NCBI RefSeq assembly: GCF_004010195.1
Contig: NC_057750.1
Span: 6,093,151 to 6,134,383 of the forward strand
Origin: Chiloscyllium plagiosum
Taxonomy: Eukaryota
Reading direction: 5' to 3'
DNA: 41,233 bases
The notes under the pieces were generated by a model. That model saw nothing but the letters and a program-made list of their open reading frames with translations. It made no database searches and was not told where the DNA came from. The first letter of the stretch is position 1. Every line of letters begins with the position of its first letter. Made by a program: the position numbers and the translations under genes. Shown here piece after piece: positions 24,631 through 37,555 of this stretch.

Positions 24631-24818
24631 CCAATAGCTAATTACATCACATTATTATTTTTATTGAATTCAAATTTCACCATCTGGTGTGGCGGGAATT
24701 GAACCTGGGAACGTTACTGGGGATTAAAAGTCAGGCCACCACCTTCTTCGGGACTTTGTGATGGCACCGTGGTCAGCACAGACACTGTGATGGGCCGAAG
24801 GGCCTGTTTCTGTGCGGG

Positions 24819-25555
24819 TTATGTTCTCGGAGCAGTGTGCTGCCTACGGCAGATGACGCCAGCCTCCTGCCCACGTGGGCAGCCATGTTCCCCCAGGGGC
24901 CTGTGCCGACACCTCAGGATGTTCCTCTCGGTGCCCACACATCGCACGCTGCCCAGAACGATCGGCAGGCCGCTGGCCCCGAACTCTGCCGTGCCGGCAA
25001 CCCTGGCCACGCCCCGGTAACCCAGCTGACGGCAGACCACCGCCGCGGAGCCGGAATCCCAGGAGCGGCCGCAGACGGTGCCCCACCGTCCACTGACGTA
25101 GACCTCGACTCTGCCTTCGCCTGGCCTCCTCCTCCTCCGGCGCTGCCCCCTGGTGCCCGCCAACCGCACCGTGCCCTCCCGTGGCCGCCCGCGCCTCCTC
25201 TTTCCCGTCTTCAAACTCTGATCCACGCGCCGCCCGCCCGCTCCCGCTCCCCGGCCTCTCTCTGCCTCCGTCGGTGGCGTGCGGCTCCTGGGCGGAGCTT
25301 TTGTGGTTGGTTGGCCTGGCATCTCCCAGTGCCAGCTCAAAGTGGGCGGCTGAGGGGCGGCAGCTGGGGCGGATGTGGTGGTGGCGGCGGCGGTGGTGGT
25401 AGCCTGGGTTTTCTCTTTCCAACCCACCTTGGGCCTGCGTGTCGTGGCCCCAGTCAGTCGGGGCCTGGGCCTGGGCCTGGGCTTGGGCCTGGGCCTGGGT
25501 CTGGGCCTAGCAGAAGTTGGGGCCACCGTTGTGGTTTTCACCTCCAAGATGAGTT
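24819..25555 (-). CDS. HHIPL1: HHIP-like protein last coding exon: Pro/Arg/Thr-rich linker plus group A SRCR domain
   Basis: Acceptor cctacag|AA CTC (phase 1). SRCR motifs VRL...GRVEVYVSGRWGTVC...AAVVCRQLG...EAGVIC with 6 Cys. Stop TAA at 24819-24821. Confidence 0.92.
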
Positions 25556-25597
25556 CTGTAGGTGACAATTGGAATGGATTCAGCTTTAAGTCTCACT

Positions 25598-26075
25598 CAT
25601 AGAATCATAGAGATGTACAGCACGGAAATAGACCCTTCGGTCCAACCCGTCTATACCGAGCAGATATCCCAACCCAATCTAGTCCCACCTGCCAGCACTT
25701 GGCCCATATCCCTCCAAACCCTTCCTGTTCATATACCCATCCAGACGCCTTTTAAATGTTATAATTGTACCAGCCTCCACCACATCCTCTGGCAGCTCAT
25801 TCCATACACGTACCACCCTCTGTGTGAAGAAGTTGCCCCTTAGATCTTTTTATATCTTTTCCCTCTCACCCTAAACCTATGCCCTCTAGTTCTGAACTCT
25901 GTGACCCCAGGGAAAAGACTTTGATTATTTATCCTATCCATGCCCCCTCACAATTTTATAAACCTCTCTAAGGTCACGCCTCAGCTTCCAATGTTCCAGA
26001 GAAAACAGCCCCAGCCTGTTCAGCCTCTCCCTGTAGCTTAACCCTCCAACCCTGGCAACATCCTTGTAAATCTCC
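25598..26075 (-). mobile_element. CR1-clade LINE 3' fragment
   Basis: High similarity to 4898-5408. Confidence 0.85.
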
Positions 26076-26269
26076 TGTGGTTACCCCCCAGAAACTATCC
26101 TTCCCCACCCACACCCACTCCTGTCAATACAGGCACTAGAATCTTCCCTAAGGCCCACATTCTAGCAGCCTCTTCACTCTGGGTGGATCAGGCTCAGTAT
26201 TTCTTGGCTTACATCCCCCTGTCCTCTTCCATTCATACTCTCTGTCACTTCACTTTGATCCCTTCAAGA

Positions 26270-26835
26270 AATTGTGAAAGCGTAAACCGTATAAGTGTAG
26301 AAGGTAACAATAAAGTTGTAACAGTGCAAAGTGTGAAAAAGTGTGACAGTGCAACGTGTGAAAAAGTGTGAAAATGCAAAGGGTGACAGTGCAAAGTGTG
26401 AAAAGGTGTGACAGTGGAAAGTGTGAAAATGCGTGACCGTGCAAAGTGTGACATGCAAAGTGTGAAAACGTATGACAGTGCAAAGTGTGAATGCAATGTG
26501 TGAAAAAGTGTGACAGTGGAAAGTGTGAAAACGTGACAGTGGAAAGTGTGACATGCAAAGTGTGAAAACATGTGACAACGGTAAGTGTGGGAAAGTGTGA
26601 AAAAGTGTGACAATGCAAAGTGTGAAAAAGTGTGACAATGCAAAGTGTGACAGTGCAAGGTGTGAAAACGTGTGACAGTGCAAAGTGTGACAGTGGAAAG
26701 TGTGGGTAAGTGTGAAAAAGTGTGACAATGCAAAGTGTGACAGTGCAAAGTGTGAAAACGTGTGACAATGCAAAGTGTGACAGTGCAAAGTGTGAAAAAG
26801 TGCGACAGCACAGAGTGTGACAGAAAACATGTAAC
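26270..26835. repeat. AAAGTGTGA(CAGTGC) minisatellite, 10-15 bp units
   Basis: Directly visible, in the last HHIPL intron. Confidence 0.9.
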
Positions 26836-26943
26836 AGCAAAAGACTAAAATGCAATGAGAAGTAATTGTGACATTGAGAGGACGTGTGCAAGGTACATTG
26901 TACATTTCCAAGAGCCGTGAAGACATGGAGTGATGGCACTCAC

Positions 26944-27026
26944 TCTCTTTCGGTCGAAATGGAAGTAACTTTCCTTTCACAGTCACAGGCTTCGGTTTAA
27001 AGCGACACTTCCCCGGTGGTGCTCTC
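26944..27026 (-). CDS. HHIPL1: HHIP-like protein exon (83 nt)
   Basis: ccttcaag|G AGA GCA...GAG A|GTGAGT encodes RAPPGKCRFKPKPVTVKGKLLPFRPKE. Phases match both neighbouring exons. Confidence 0.92.
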
Positions 27027-27339
27027 CTTGAAGGTGAGGAAGAACAACAGGAGGATGGTCCCAGGTTACAAACGACAGAATTACGAGTAAGAAGGAAAGC
27101 TGAATGTAACTGAGAGAATAATGGATGGACCAGATTAAACACAATGAGTGAAACAGCTGGTGACAATGAATCCATGAGACACTACATTATGTTTTTACTC
27201 CAAATCAACGCTTTTGTATGTTCCCGATGTCGAGGAACTTTCGTTATGAGGGTTGATAGCAGAGGAATGGAGAACCAGAGGGAACTGATTTAAGATGACT
27301 AACCAAAGATGCAATGGCAGCACAAGGGGAAACCTTTCA

Positions 27340-27647
27340 TAAATCCCTACAGTGCACAAAGAGGCCACTTGGCCCATTGAGTCAGCAGTGACCCTCCAAA
27401 GAGCATCCCACTATATCCCTGTAACCCTGCGTTTCCCATGGCTAACCCACCTCGCCTGCCCATCCCTGGACACTATGAGGCAATTTAGTATGGCCAATCC
27501 ACCATAACCTGCACATCTTTGGACTGTGGGAGGAAACCGGAGCACCCGGAGGAAATCCACGCAGACACGGGGGAGAATGTGTAAACTCCAGTCACCCGAG
27601 GGTGGAATCGAACCTGGGTCCTGGCACTGTGAAGCAGTGCTAACCAC
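27340..27647 (-). mobile_element. HE1/V-SINE-type SINE
   Basis: Family similarity. Confidence 0.8.
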
Positions 27648-28171
27648 ATTGGATTAATAGTTGGGAAGGAAGAATGTTCTGGGTTATAGGGGCATTGTGG
27701 GTCAGCCTACAGCACGTGGACGTTAGGAAGGCAAGTGGCCACCACCTTGTCAAGGCGCAACTAGGGACGGGCATTAAACACCGGCCCAGCCAGCGACACC
27801 CATGTCCCACAAGTAAGTAAAGGACGGACAGTAGAGACCCAATGGGTTGAATGGCCTCCTTCTGAGCTCTAATAATTCTTCAATTCTCAAGGGTATCGAC
27901 TCGCACTAAACTGATTCCATTAGTGTTCAGGTTTAAACTTATTAAACAGCACTGTAGGGCAAACAGCAGTAGCAGCTTCAGATTTTCCGGGTCGAGTTGT
28001 GACGGTAATTAACTCCGACTTAAATCAGCCTCCTGTCACCCTGTTGCAAGTATTTTTCCCTGAAGTGGGCTGAGTAGTCTGTTATACTTTTTAATATCCT
28101 TTTCCTAAGCTTTTGGTTGGAGGGGGGTTGGGCTGCTGTCTCTCTCACTCCGTGGACATCATGAACTGTCC

Positions 28172-28386
28172 AGTGGAGAGTTAAAAAAATCACACCACAC
28201 CAGGTTATAGTTCCAACAGGTTTAATTGGAAGCACTAGCTTTCAGAGCGCTGCCCCTTTACAGCCACCTGATGAAGGAGCGTCGCTCCGAAAGCTAGTGC
28301 TTCCAATTGAACCTGTTGGGACTATAACCTAGTGTGGTGTGATTTTTAAGTTTGTACACCCCAGTTCAACACCGGCATCTCCACAT
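28172..28386. mobile_element. Penelope-like remnant arranged as an inverted repeat
   Basis: About 28180-28258 is the reverse complement of about 28275-28350. Same family as 14915-15085. Confidence 0.7.
28265..28299 (+). ncRNA. Minimal type I hammerhead ribozyme motif in a Penelope-like element remnant
   Basis: CAC-CTGATGA-A-GGAGC gtc GCTCC-GAAA-GCTA-GTG. Differs from the 14966 copy only in loop II. Confidence 0.75.
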
Positions 28387-28589
28387 CATGTCCAGTGGAA
28401 GACAGCATCAGCTAGAGATTGAGCAAAGACAACGAGAAATAGAGCAGGCTGTTCAGCCCCTTGAGAGAAACCATTCTGACATTCATGACTAACCTGCAAC
28501 CTAACTCCATCTAATCGCCACTGCCCCAAATCCCTTACCATTTTTGGTTCCCAGATATCAGGTTTAAAACTCATTGAGCATTGACTGTA

Positions 28590-28857
28590 CAATTCCCTAC
28601 GGTGCAGAAAGCAGGCCATTCAGTCCATCGAGTCCACAGCAACCCTCCCAAGAGCATCCCACCCAGACCCACCTCTGTTCCTTCATTCACCCCAGATGAC
28701 CCACCCAGCCTGCATAAAGAAATGAATAGCCCTTCGATCCGGCTCGTCCATATATCCCAACCCAATCGAGCTTGCACATAACAGGTTAATTTAGCCCAGT
28801 CAATCCACCTAATCTCTGGGAGGAAACCCACGCAGACACGGGGAAAAGTTGAAAACT
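28590..28857 (-). mobile_element. Degenerate HE1/V-SINE-type SINE
   Basis: GGAGGAAACCCACGCAGACACGGGG and tail similarity. Confidence 0.6.
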
Positions 28858-29353
28858 CAATAAAGCTTACAAAAATTCTTCCAGGACACGACAAGATGGA
28901 GGCAGTGGGAATGTTAACCCCTGGCTGGTGGTTCTAGAGTCAGGGGAAACAGTCTCAAGATTGTGGGTCAAGCATTTAGGACTGGGAGGAGTACATAGAA
29001 CATGGAATAATAAAGCGCAGTAGGATTCCCATCGGTGAATCTGTGGAATTATCTACCCCACAAGCTAAGGAGGTTCAGTTATTGAGTATGTTCAAGATCT
29101 TGGGAAACAGTCATATATTACGGACCAGACCACACCCTCCTCAATATATTTTATGAAGGTAGCCCAGACACTAACTTTTTCCTATTTAAAGGTAGATGTG
29201 AAATGCTGTGTTCCAGATGTGATACGACTGGTCAAACTAAACAAAACGTAATTTATTTAAACCCTCTTGTTAAAATACTAACAAAAGAAACAATAACTCA
29301 ATTGTTGGAAAGCCTAACCAAATAATGGACGCAGTACCAATCACTAAAATGGT

Positions 29354-29794
29354 CGGCACGGTGGCTCAGTGGTTAGCACTGCTGCCTCACAGCACCAGGG
29401 ACCCAGGTTCGATCCCCACCTCAGGTGACTTTCTGTGTGGAGTTTGCACATTCTCCCTGTGTCTGTGTGGATTTCCTTCGGTTTCCTCCCACAATCCAAA
29501 CATGTGCAAGTCAGGTGAATTGGCCATGCTAAATTCTTGATGTCACAAGGAATTATGGGCTACAGGGAGAATGTGGGTAAGTGGAGTTGAAATGCCCATC
29601 AGCCATGATTGAATGGCGGAGTGGATTCGATGGGCTGAATGGCCTTACTTCCGCTCCTATGTCTTATGGTTTTATGGTCCATAGTGTTAGGTGCATTAGT
29701 CAGGGGTAAATGTAGAGGAATGGGTTTGGGTGGGTTACTCTTCAGAGGGTTGGGCCGAAGGGCCTATTTCCACACTGTAGGGAATCTAATCTAA
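29354..29794 (+). mobile_element. HE1/V-SINE-type SINE interrupted by a CR1-type 3' tail (about 29538-29677)
   Basis: The SINE breaks at GCTAAATT and resumes at CCATAGTGTTAGG. The insert ends in TCTTATGG-type repeats. Confidence 0.8.
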
Positions 29795-30031
29795 TTTACT
29801 GTTACATCCCCATAAACACACATATAGTAACATCCCCATAAACACACCCCTTGGCCAAAAGGCACATTCAGACATAGATTCTCACATGCAGTTCTCCAAT
29901 CCAAGAGGAAAAATCATCAAGAGAAGATTCAGAGAGAGTAGCAGCCAGGAGACATTCACTGAAGTTTCCAATTCTGTTGAGACTCCAAAGGCTTCTACTT
30001 AAAACTAAAAGTAAATCAGAAAGCCTGGTTT

Positions 30032-30319
30032 GATTAGATTAAATTCCCTACAGTGTGGAAACAGGCCCTTCGGCCTAACAAGTCCACACCGACCCTCCGA
30101 AGAGTAACCCACCCAGACCCATTTTCCCTCTGACTAATGCACCTAATACTATGGGGCAATTTAGCATGGCCAATTCACCTAACCTGCACATCTTTGGACT
30201 GTGGGAGGAAACCACAGACACGGGGAGAATGTGCAAACTCCACACAATCACCCGAGGCTGGAATCAAACTTGGGACCCTGGTGCTGTGAGGCAGCAGTGC
30301 TAACCACTGAGCCACCGTG
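30032..30319 (-). mobile_element. HE1/V-SINE-type SINE
   Basis: Family similarity. Confidence 0.85.
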
Positions 30320-30509
30320 GTTTGTGAAAGCTGGTCATTCCCAGATGCTTCCATTGTTCCAACTTTAATAAAGACCTCACGGCTTCACTGATTGTTTACT
30401 TTCTTAGAGACAACGCGCTACCTCTGCCTTACAACCTCTCTTCGAAAAAAAAACCAGGTCAAAATAACCTCTTAAAGTGACAGCATCACCACACATGACA
30501 TAGACTATA

Positions 30510-31295
30510 AGAGCTAGGAGGTCGTGTTGGAATTGTACAAAACTTTGGTTCAGCCACAGCTGGAGCGCTGTGGGCCGTTCTGGTCACCACACTATGGGGA
30601 GGATTTGACGTAAAAACAGAAATTGCTGGAGAAACTCAGGAGCATCTGGGGGGGGGAGAGAGAGAGAACCTGGGGAGAGAGAACACAGAGTTAACATTTC
30701 TGCTGAAGGTGACCCTTCTTCAGAACTTCGGAAAGATGTGATTGCACTGGAAGGGTTGCAAGGAAATTCTCCGGGATATTGTCTGGACTGGAGAGTTTCA
30801 GCTTGGAGGAGGGGCTGGATAACCTTGGGTTGTTTTGAGAACAGAGGGCTTTTGGGGGGGGAGGGGCGGGGTGCCTGACAGAAGGGTAATAGATTATTAG
30901 GGGCATGGACAAGATGAATTTGAAAGTTGAAGAGCCATTAACAAAAAGACATAATTTTAACATGAGGATCTGGGAGGTTTGGACAGGATTTGAGGGAAAA
31001 TGTTTTCACCCAGAGGATGGTTGGGAATCTGGGAGGGTAGTGGAGGCAGTATATCTCACGCCTTTTCGAAGTATGTGGCATGGTTCTAGGTAGTGTCCCA
31101 ACCTCTGGACCAAGAGACCTGGGTTCAAGCCCCACCTGCCCCAGAGGAGGGTCATGACATCCCTGAACTGGTTGGTTGAAAAAAAATTGTGGATGAGCGA
31201 TTGAAATGTCATAAGGTGGGCCAAGTGGGATTAGCGCAGATGGGTTAGTGCAGACTCAATGGGCTGAAGGGCCTCGTCCATGCTGGCCGAGTCTG
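30510..31295 (+). mobile_element. Old degenerate CR1-clade LINE fragment with nested inserts
   Basis: LYKTLVQPQLE-like start and EEGLDNLGLF-like segment. Penelope-like piece at about 30610-30727. Confidence 0.55.
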
Positions 31296-31627
31296 TGACA
31301 GAGATTGATAGGTTTTGTATATATTAAAGATATCAAGGGACAGCGTGCAAAAGCAGAGCTGATGTAGAGGTTCAGTACCGAACTTGTTGATTGGTGGAGC
31401 AGTGTAGAGGGGCTGAATAGCCTACTCCTGATCCTATTTCCCACCTTCCTCTTCCCTCCCCGTGCCACTCCAAATGAGACAGGAATTGCAGCCCTAGGCA
31501 CTGCCTTAAGGGATGGACACAGAGTGCGAGCCGAGACAGGGCTGACCAACTTGGGCTGGTCTCCGTTCTCAAGAACATGAGATTATTGACCATGACTTGC
31601 AACATCAGAAGGAAGGGTAGACACTCA

Positions 31628-31937
<310 letters not shown>

Positions 31938-32363
31938 AATAGTGACATGTCAACTGATGTCCAGTCTGTCCACACCTTGTCCACAGGTTCACAGAGCAGA
32001 GCAGCCATTTGGCCCGTCCGGTCTGAGGCCATCTCTGCTTGCTCAGTCCCAACTTTTTTCTGGAAATAAGTTGGTTTCTGTCTCCGTTTGACTATAAGCG
32101 GCAGGGGAAGGAATAGTCCATTCAGCAGGGCCATGGCCAATCTGACATTCCTCACATCCACTTAAGAAACACAAAAAAACCGCAAGGAACAAGCACAGAA
32201 ACAGGCCCTTTAGCCCTCTAAGCCTGCCCACCATGTTTTGCCCTTTGAAGCCCTGTCCCCCCCAATCCTTAGTTCCACTTCTGATCAAGAATCTATCTCA
32301 GCCTTAATACAGTACAGCCCCACAGCGTGGATTCCGTTTCTGCAGTTTAAGTTGTCTGTGGTT

Positions 32364-32397
32364 TACCTGAAGAAGGGCCTGTGCCCGAAACGTCGAA
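32364..32397 (+). ncRNA. Minimal hammerhead ribozyme motif (second family, stem I damaged)
   Basis: CTGAAGA-A-GGGC ctgt GCCC-GAAA-CGTC-GAA. Confidence 0.55.
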
Positions 32398-33009
32398 TCT
32401 CCTGTTCCCTGGATGCTGCCTGACCTGCTGTGCTGTTCCAGCAATAAAGTTTCAACTGTGGTTTACCACAGCCTGACATTATAACATGGAACACTCCAGA
32501 AATGATTCCGGGGTGGGGCTGCCGGGGAGGTAAATTTCCCACTTAACCGATAGCGTTCGCCACTATTCATGGTTTGAGGCAACTGCGGTAGGTCTTGCAA
32601 CGTTTCACCTGCGGATACAGAGCGGGGGTGGGGAGCACCCATATACACAAGGATAGTGATCCACAGATAACGAACCAATTTCCCTGTGAAAGGCTCAATT
32701 GAATCTGCCACTACCACACTCTCAGGCATCACCTTCCCACCCTAATGGCTCACCACCTGACTTCTCATCACATTGCCTCCGGCTCTACTGCTGAACAGAT
32801 TCATTTCAGTACCCTCTGCTTTTTAACCAATCGCCACGAGCAACAGTTTCTCCCTTGTCTCGGTAATGGGGTGGAAATTCAGCCATAGTTGAGGGTCCCT
32901 AGTGCATCTCTGCACTAGAGAGAAAGAGAGTTTGTGAGTAGTTTATGCGAGTCCCTTCTGTATCCAGCATGAGGCAAGCTGAGAGGGTAGGGCAACCCAC
33001 ACTCTATCA

Positions 33010-33790
33010 ACAACACTCAAGAAGCTCAACACCATCCAGGACAAAGCAGCCCTCGCTTGATCGGCACCACACCCACAAACATCCCCTCCCTCCACCACCG
33101 ACCCTCAGTAGTAGCAGCGTGTACCATCTACAAGATGTACTGCAGAAATTCACCGGAGATTCTCAGACAGCAACTTCCAAACCCACAGCCACTTCCATCT
33201 CAAAGCATTCTCCAAGATTCATCCCACCCTGGCAATGTTTTTCTACAACCTCTACCATCGGGGAGAAGGTACAGAAGCCTGAACACAGGCACCAGCCGGT
33301 TTCAAAACAGCTTCTACCCTACTGTTGTTCGAATCTTGAATGGACTCACAAACTCTTAGCATTTGCCTGTACCTGTGTTTTTGTTTTTGCTGCTGTTTCC
33401 CTATTATTTACTTATCTATGCTATTTAACTCTGTGATCTGCCTGTATTGCTCGCAAAACAAAGCTTTTCACTGTGCCTCGGTACAAGTGACAATAAATTC
33501 AATTCGATTCAATTCACCTAGAAGGCCAAGGGCAGCAGATACATGGGAACACCACCCCCTGCAAGTTCCCCTCCACTCACCATCCTGACTTGGAAATATA
33601 TCCCCGTTCCTTCAGTGTCGCTGGGTCAGAATCCTGGAATTCCCTCCCTAAGGGCATTGTGGGTCAACCCACAGCATGTGGACTGCAGCGGCTCAAGAAG
33701 GCAGCTCACCCCCACCTTTTAAAGGGGGCAATTAGGGACAGGACAATAAATGCTGGGCCCAGCCAGAGACCCCCACAGCCTGTGAGCAAA
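33010..33790 (+). mobile_element. 3' end of the same LINE family as 21800-23075, split by a Rex1/Babar-like insertion
   Basis: Colinear with 22625-23060. Breaks at CCATCT (33200) and resumes at CCTAGAAGG (about 33517). Confidence 0.8.
33201..33516 (+). mobile_element. Rex1/Babar-like LINE 3' end
   Basis: ILQDSSHPGN..LPSGRRYRSL..TSRFQNSFYP. UTR ends in AATAAA plus (ATTCA)n. Confidence 0.7.
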
Positions 33791-34316
33791 TAAAAAGCAT
33801 TCCAACTGCACAGTTTTTGTAAATGGTTGAAATGAATGCAATCGATATATTTAAGGAGGATCTGGATTGCAATTCAGAAAGAGGACATTCAGCCCTGTCG
33901 GGTTCATGCTAGCTCTCTGTAGAGCATTCCCGTCAGTCCCATTTCCCCAATCTCTTTCTCTGTAGCCCCTGCAAGAGGTCTATCCCTTTTAAATCTTTCC
34001 CCTCTCACCCTAAACCTATGCTCTGTAGTTCTGAACTCCCCCACCCCAGGGAAGAGACTTTGTCTATTTACCCGATCCATGAACCTGCCACAATAAAAAC
34101 TGAAAAAAACTGCAGATGCCGTACATCAGAAACAAAAACAGAAATCGCTGGAAAAGCTCAGCAGGTCTGGCAGCATCTGTGGAGAGAAATCAGAGTTAAC
34201 GTTTCAGGTCAAGGAGCCCTTCCACGGAACCCACCTCCTCGGCAGAGAATTCCGGACCCTCAGTATGACCACATTTCCTTACTCACACATAGGAGAGAAA
34301 TGAAGAGAAGGGAAGT

Positions 34317-34528
34317 GTGGCACAGTGTCTCAGTGGTTAGCACTGCTTGCCTCACTGCACCAGGGTCCCAGGTTCGATTCCAGCCTTGGGTCACTGTCTG
34401 TGTGGAGTTTGCACATTCTCCCCGTGTCTGTGTGGGTTTCCTCCGGGTGCTCCGGCTTCCTCCCACAGTCCAAAGATGTGCAGGTTAGGGTGGATTGGCC
34501 ATGGGAAATTGCCCCATAGTGTTCAGGG
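34317..34528 (+). mobile_element. HE1/V-SINE-type SINE cut by assembly gap
   Basis: Family similarity. Confidence 0.85.
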
Positions 34529-35028
34529 NNNNNNNNNNNNNNNNNNNNNNNNNNNNNNNNNNNNNNNNNNNNNNNNNNNNNNNNNNNNNNNNNNNNNNNN
34601 NNNNNNNNNNNNNNNNNNNNNNNNNNNNNNNNNNNNNNNNNNNNNNNNNNNNNNNNNNNNNNNNNNNNNNNNNNNNNNNNNNNNNNNNNNNNNNNNNNNN
34701 NNNNNNNNNNNNNNNNNNNNNNNNNNNNNNNNNNNNNNNNNNNNNNNNNNNNNNNNNNNNNNNNNNNNNNNNNNNNNNNNNNNNNNNNNNNNNNNNNNNN
34801 NNNNNNNNNNNNNNNNNNNNNNNNNNNNNNNNNNNNNNNNNNNNNNNNNNNNNNNNNNNNNNNNNNNNNNNNNNNNNNNNNNNNNNNNNNNNNNNNNNNN
34901 NNNNNNNNNNNNNNNNNNNNNNNNNNNNNNNNNNNNNNNNNNNNNNNNNNNNNNNNNNNNNNNNNNNNNNNNNNNNNNNNNNNNNNNNNNNNNNNNNNNN
35001 NNNNNNNNNNNNNNNNNNNNNNNNNNNN
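34529..35028. other. Assembly gap (500 N)
   Basis: N run. Other gaps at 14816-14820 and 36646-36781. Confidence 0.99.
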
Positions 35029-35614
<586 letters not shown>

Positions 35615-35621
35615 TCTCTGA

Positions 35622-35920
35622 GCAGCCTGTGACTCAGTGGTTAGCACTGCTGCCTCCCAGGGACCCAGGTTTGATTCCTCCCTTGGGTGACTGTCTGTGT
35701 GGGAGTTTGTCTGTGTGGGTTTGCTCTGGTTTCCTCCCACAGTCCAATGATGTGACTGTTAGGGTGGATTGGCCATGGGAAATTGCCCCATAGTGTGCAG
35801 GGTAGGTGGGTTTGCCACAGGGTCAGAGAATGGGGGGATGAGTCTGGGTGGGATGCTCTTTGGAGGGCTGGTGTGGACTTGTTGGGCTGAATGGCCTGTT
35901 TCCACACTATAGGGATTCCA
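35622..35920 (+). mobile_element. HE1/V-SINE-type SINE
   Basis: Family similarity. Confidence 0.75.
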
Positions 35921-36230
35921 TGGATTTGAAAATATCTCTAACAACAAGCAGGAAATTTTGTAACTTTATGGTTTAGGGGACCCATGTTCCTTTCATAGAT
36001 GTCCCACCTCTTGTAGCTTAGTGTCAACTTCAGTGTGATAACTATCCCTCAGAGTTATGGCGTTATGTCAATGCAAGTGACTTTGCTTGTTGCAAACAAT
36101 CATGAAAGGACTTAAAACAAAACTATTTGGACGATAAAGACTATTTACAGATCATGAGAGGTATGTGGACATATGTGACTTGTAGGATTAATGCAGAAGG
36201 CTGGGGAGACCAGGTCATCTAAGACAGGGA

Positions 36231-36465
36231 TGTGTCTGGGTGGGTTTCCTCCGGGTGCTCCGGTTTCCTCCCACAATCCAAAGATGTGCAGGTCAGGGCG
36301 GATTGGCCGTGCTAAATTGCCAGTGGTGTTCAGGGATGTGTAGGTTAGTTGCATTAATCGGGGTAAATATAGAGTAATAGGAGAATGGGTCTGGGTGGGT
36401 TACTCTTCGGAGGGTCGGTGTGGACTATTTGGGCTGAAGGGCCTGTTTCCACACTGTAGAGTCTC
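36231..36465 (+). mobile_element. HE1/V-SINE-type SINE, 5' truncated
   Basis: Family similarity. Confidence 0.8.
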
Positions 36466-36532
36466 TACGATGGGTAAGGGGATTGAGGGTTATGGGGAGA
36501 AGGCAGGACAATGGGATTGAGAAACACATCAG

Positions 36533-37200
36533 GCGAAAGTGAGGATTGCAGATGCTGGAGATTAGGATCGAGAGGGTGGTGCTGGAAAAACACAGCCGGT
36601 CAGGCAGCATCCGAGGAGCAAGAGAATCAGGGGTTGGAGAGATAANNNNNNNNNNNNNNNNNNNNNNNNNNNNNNNNNNNNNNNNNNNNNNNNNNNNNNN
36701 NNNNNNNNNNNNNNNNNNNNNNNNNNNNNNNNNNNNNNNNNNNNNNNNNNNNNNNNNNNNNNNNNNNNNNNNNNNNNNNNNGCCCTTCATCAGGAATGAG
36801 GCAGGGAGCCTCCAGGGTGGAGAGATAAATGGGAGGGTGGTGGGCCTGGGGAGAAGGTACAAAGAGTACAATAGGTGAGTGGGGGTGGGGATGAAGGTGA
36901 TAGGTCAGAGAGGAGGGTGGAGTGGATAGGTGGAAAGGAAGATAGGCAGGTAGGACAGGTTATAAGGGCGGTGCTGAGCTGGAAGGTTGGAGCTGGGGTG
37001 AGGTCGGGGGAAGGGGAAATGAGGAAACTGGTGAAGTCCACATTGATGCCCTGGGGTTGAAGTGTTCCGAGGTGGAAGATGAGGCGTTCTTCCTCCAGGC
37101 ATCGGGTGGTGAGGGAGCGGCGGGTGGGACCTGCTGTGCTTTCCCAGCACCACTTTAATCTAAACTCTGGTTTCCAACATCTGCAGTCCTCACTTCTGCC
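36533..37200 (-). mobile_element. Penelope-like element 3' remnant (contains N gap)
   Basis: Minus strand encodes LEEERLIFHLGTLQPQGINVDFTSF. ATTCCTGATGAAGGGC abuts the gap. Homologous to 3240-3750. Confidence 0.7.
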
Positions 37201-37402
37201 AATGGGCCAAATGGCCTAATTCTGCTCCTATGCTCTATGGTCTGACGCAGCGTTCCGTCTGGAGGGGTCATGGAATCACACGTCATATTGTGTGTTAAGT
37301 GGCAGTTATTGACGGACAGTAGTTTTAAAACGGGTCACCCTGAAAGAGACTGGCACCTCACGACAGGTTTGTTACCTCAGAGGTTGTCCTGTTGAGAACC
37401 TA

Positions 37403-37555
<153 letters not shown>

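Larger units (their letters stand above)
29117..30493 (-). mobile_element. Putative solo LTR carrying two SINE insertions
   Basis: Minus-strand end AAAAGTTAGTGTCTGGGCTACCTTC...GGTCTGGTCCGTAA is homologous to 16918-16979. Confidence 0.45.

Noticed and set aside
24837..25602. Overlapping antisense and alternate-frame ORFs over the last HHIPL exon
   Set aside because: Expected from high GC content; no recognisable domain.
26245..26939. His/Phe/Cys repeat ORFs, one in frame with the 83-nt exon
   Set aside because: Minisatellite-derived. The GTGAGT donor at 26943 and phase match to the last exon explain the gene without it.
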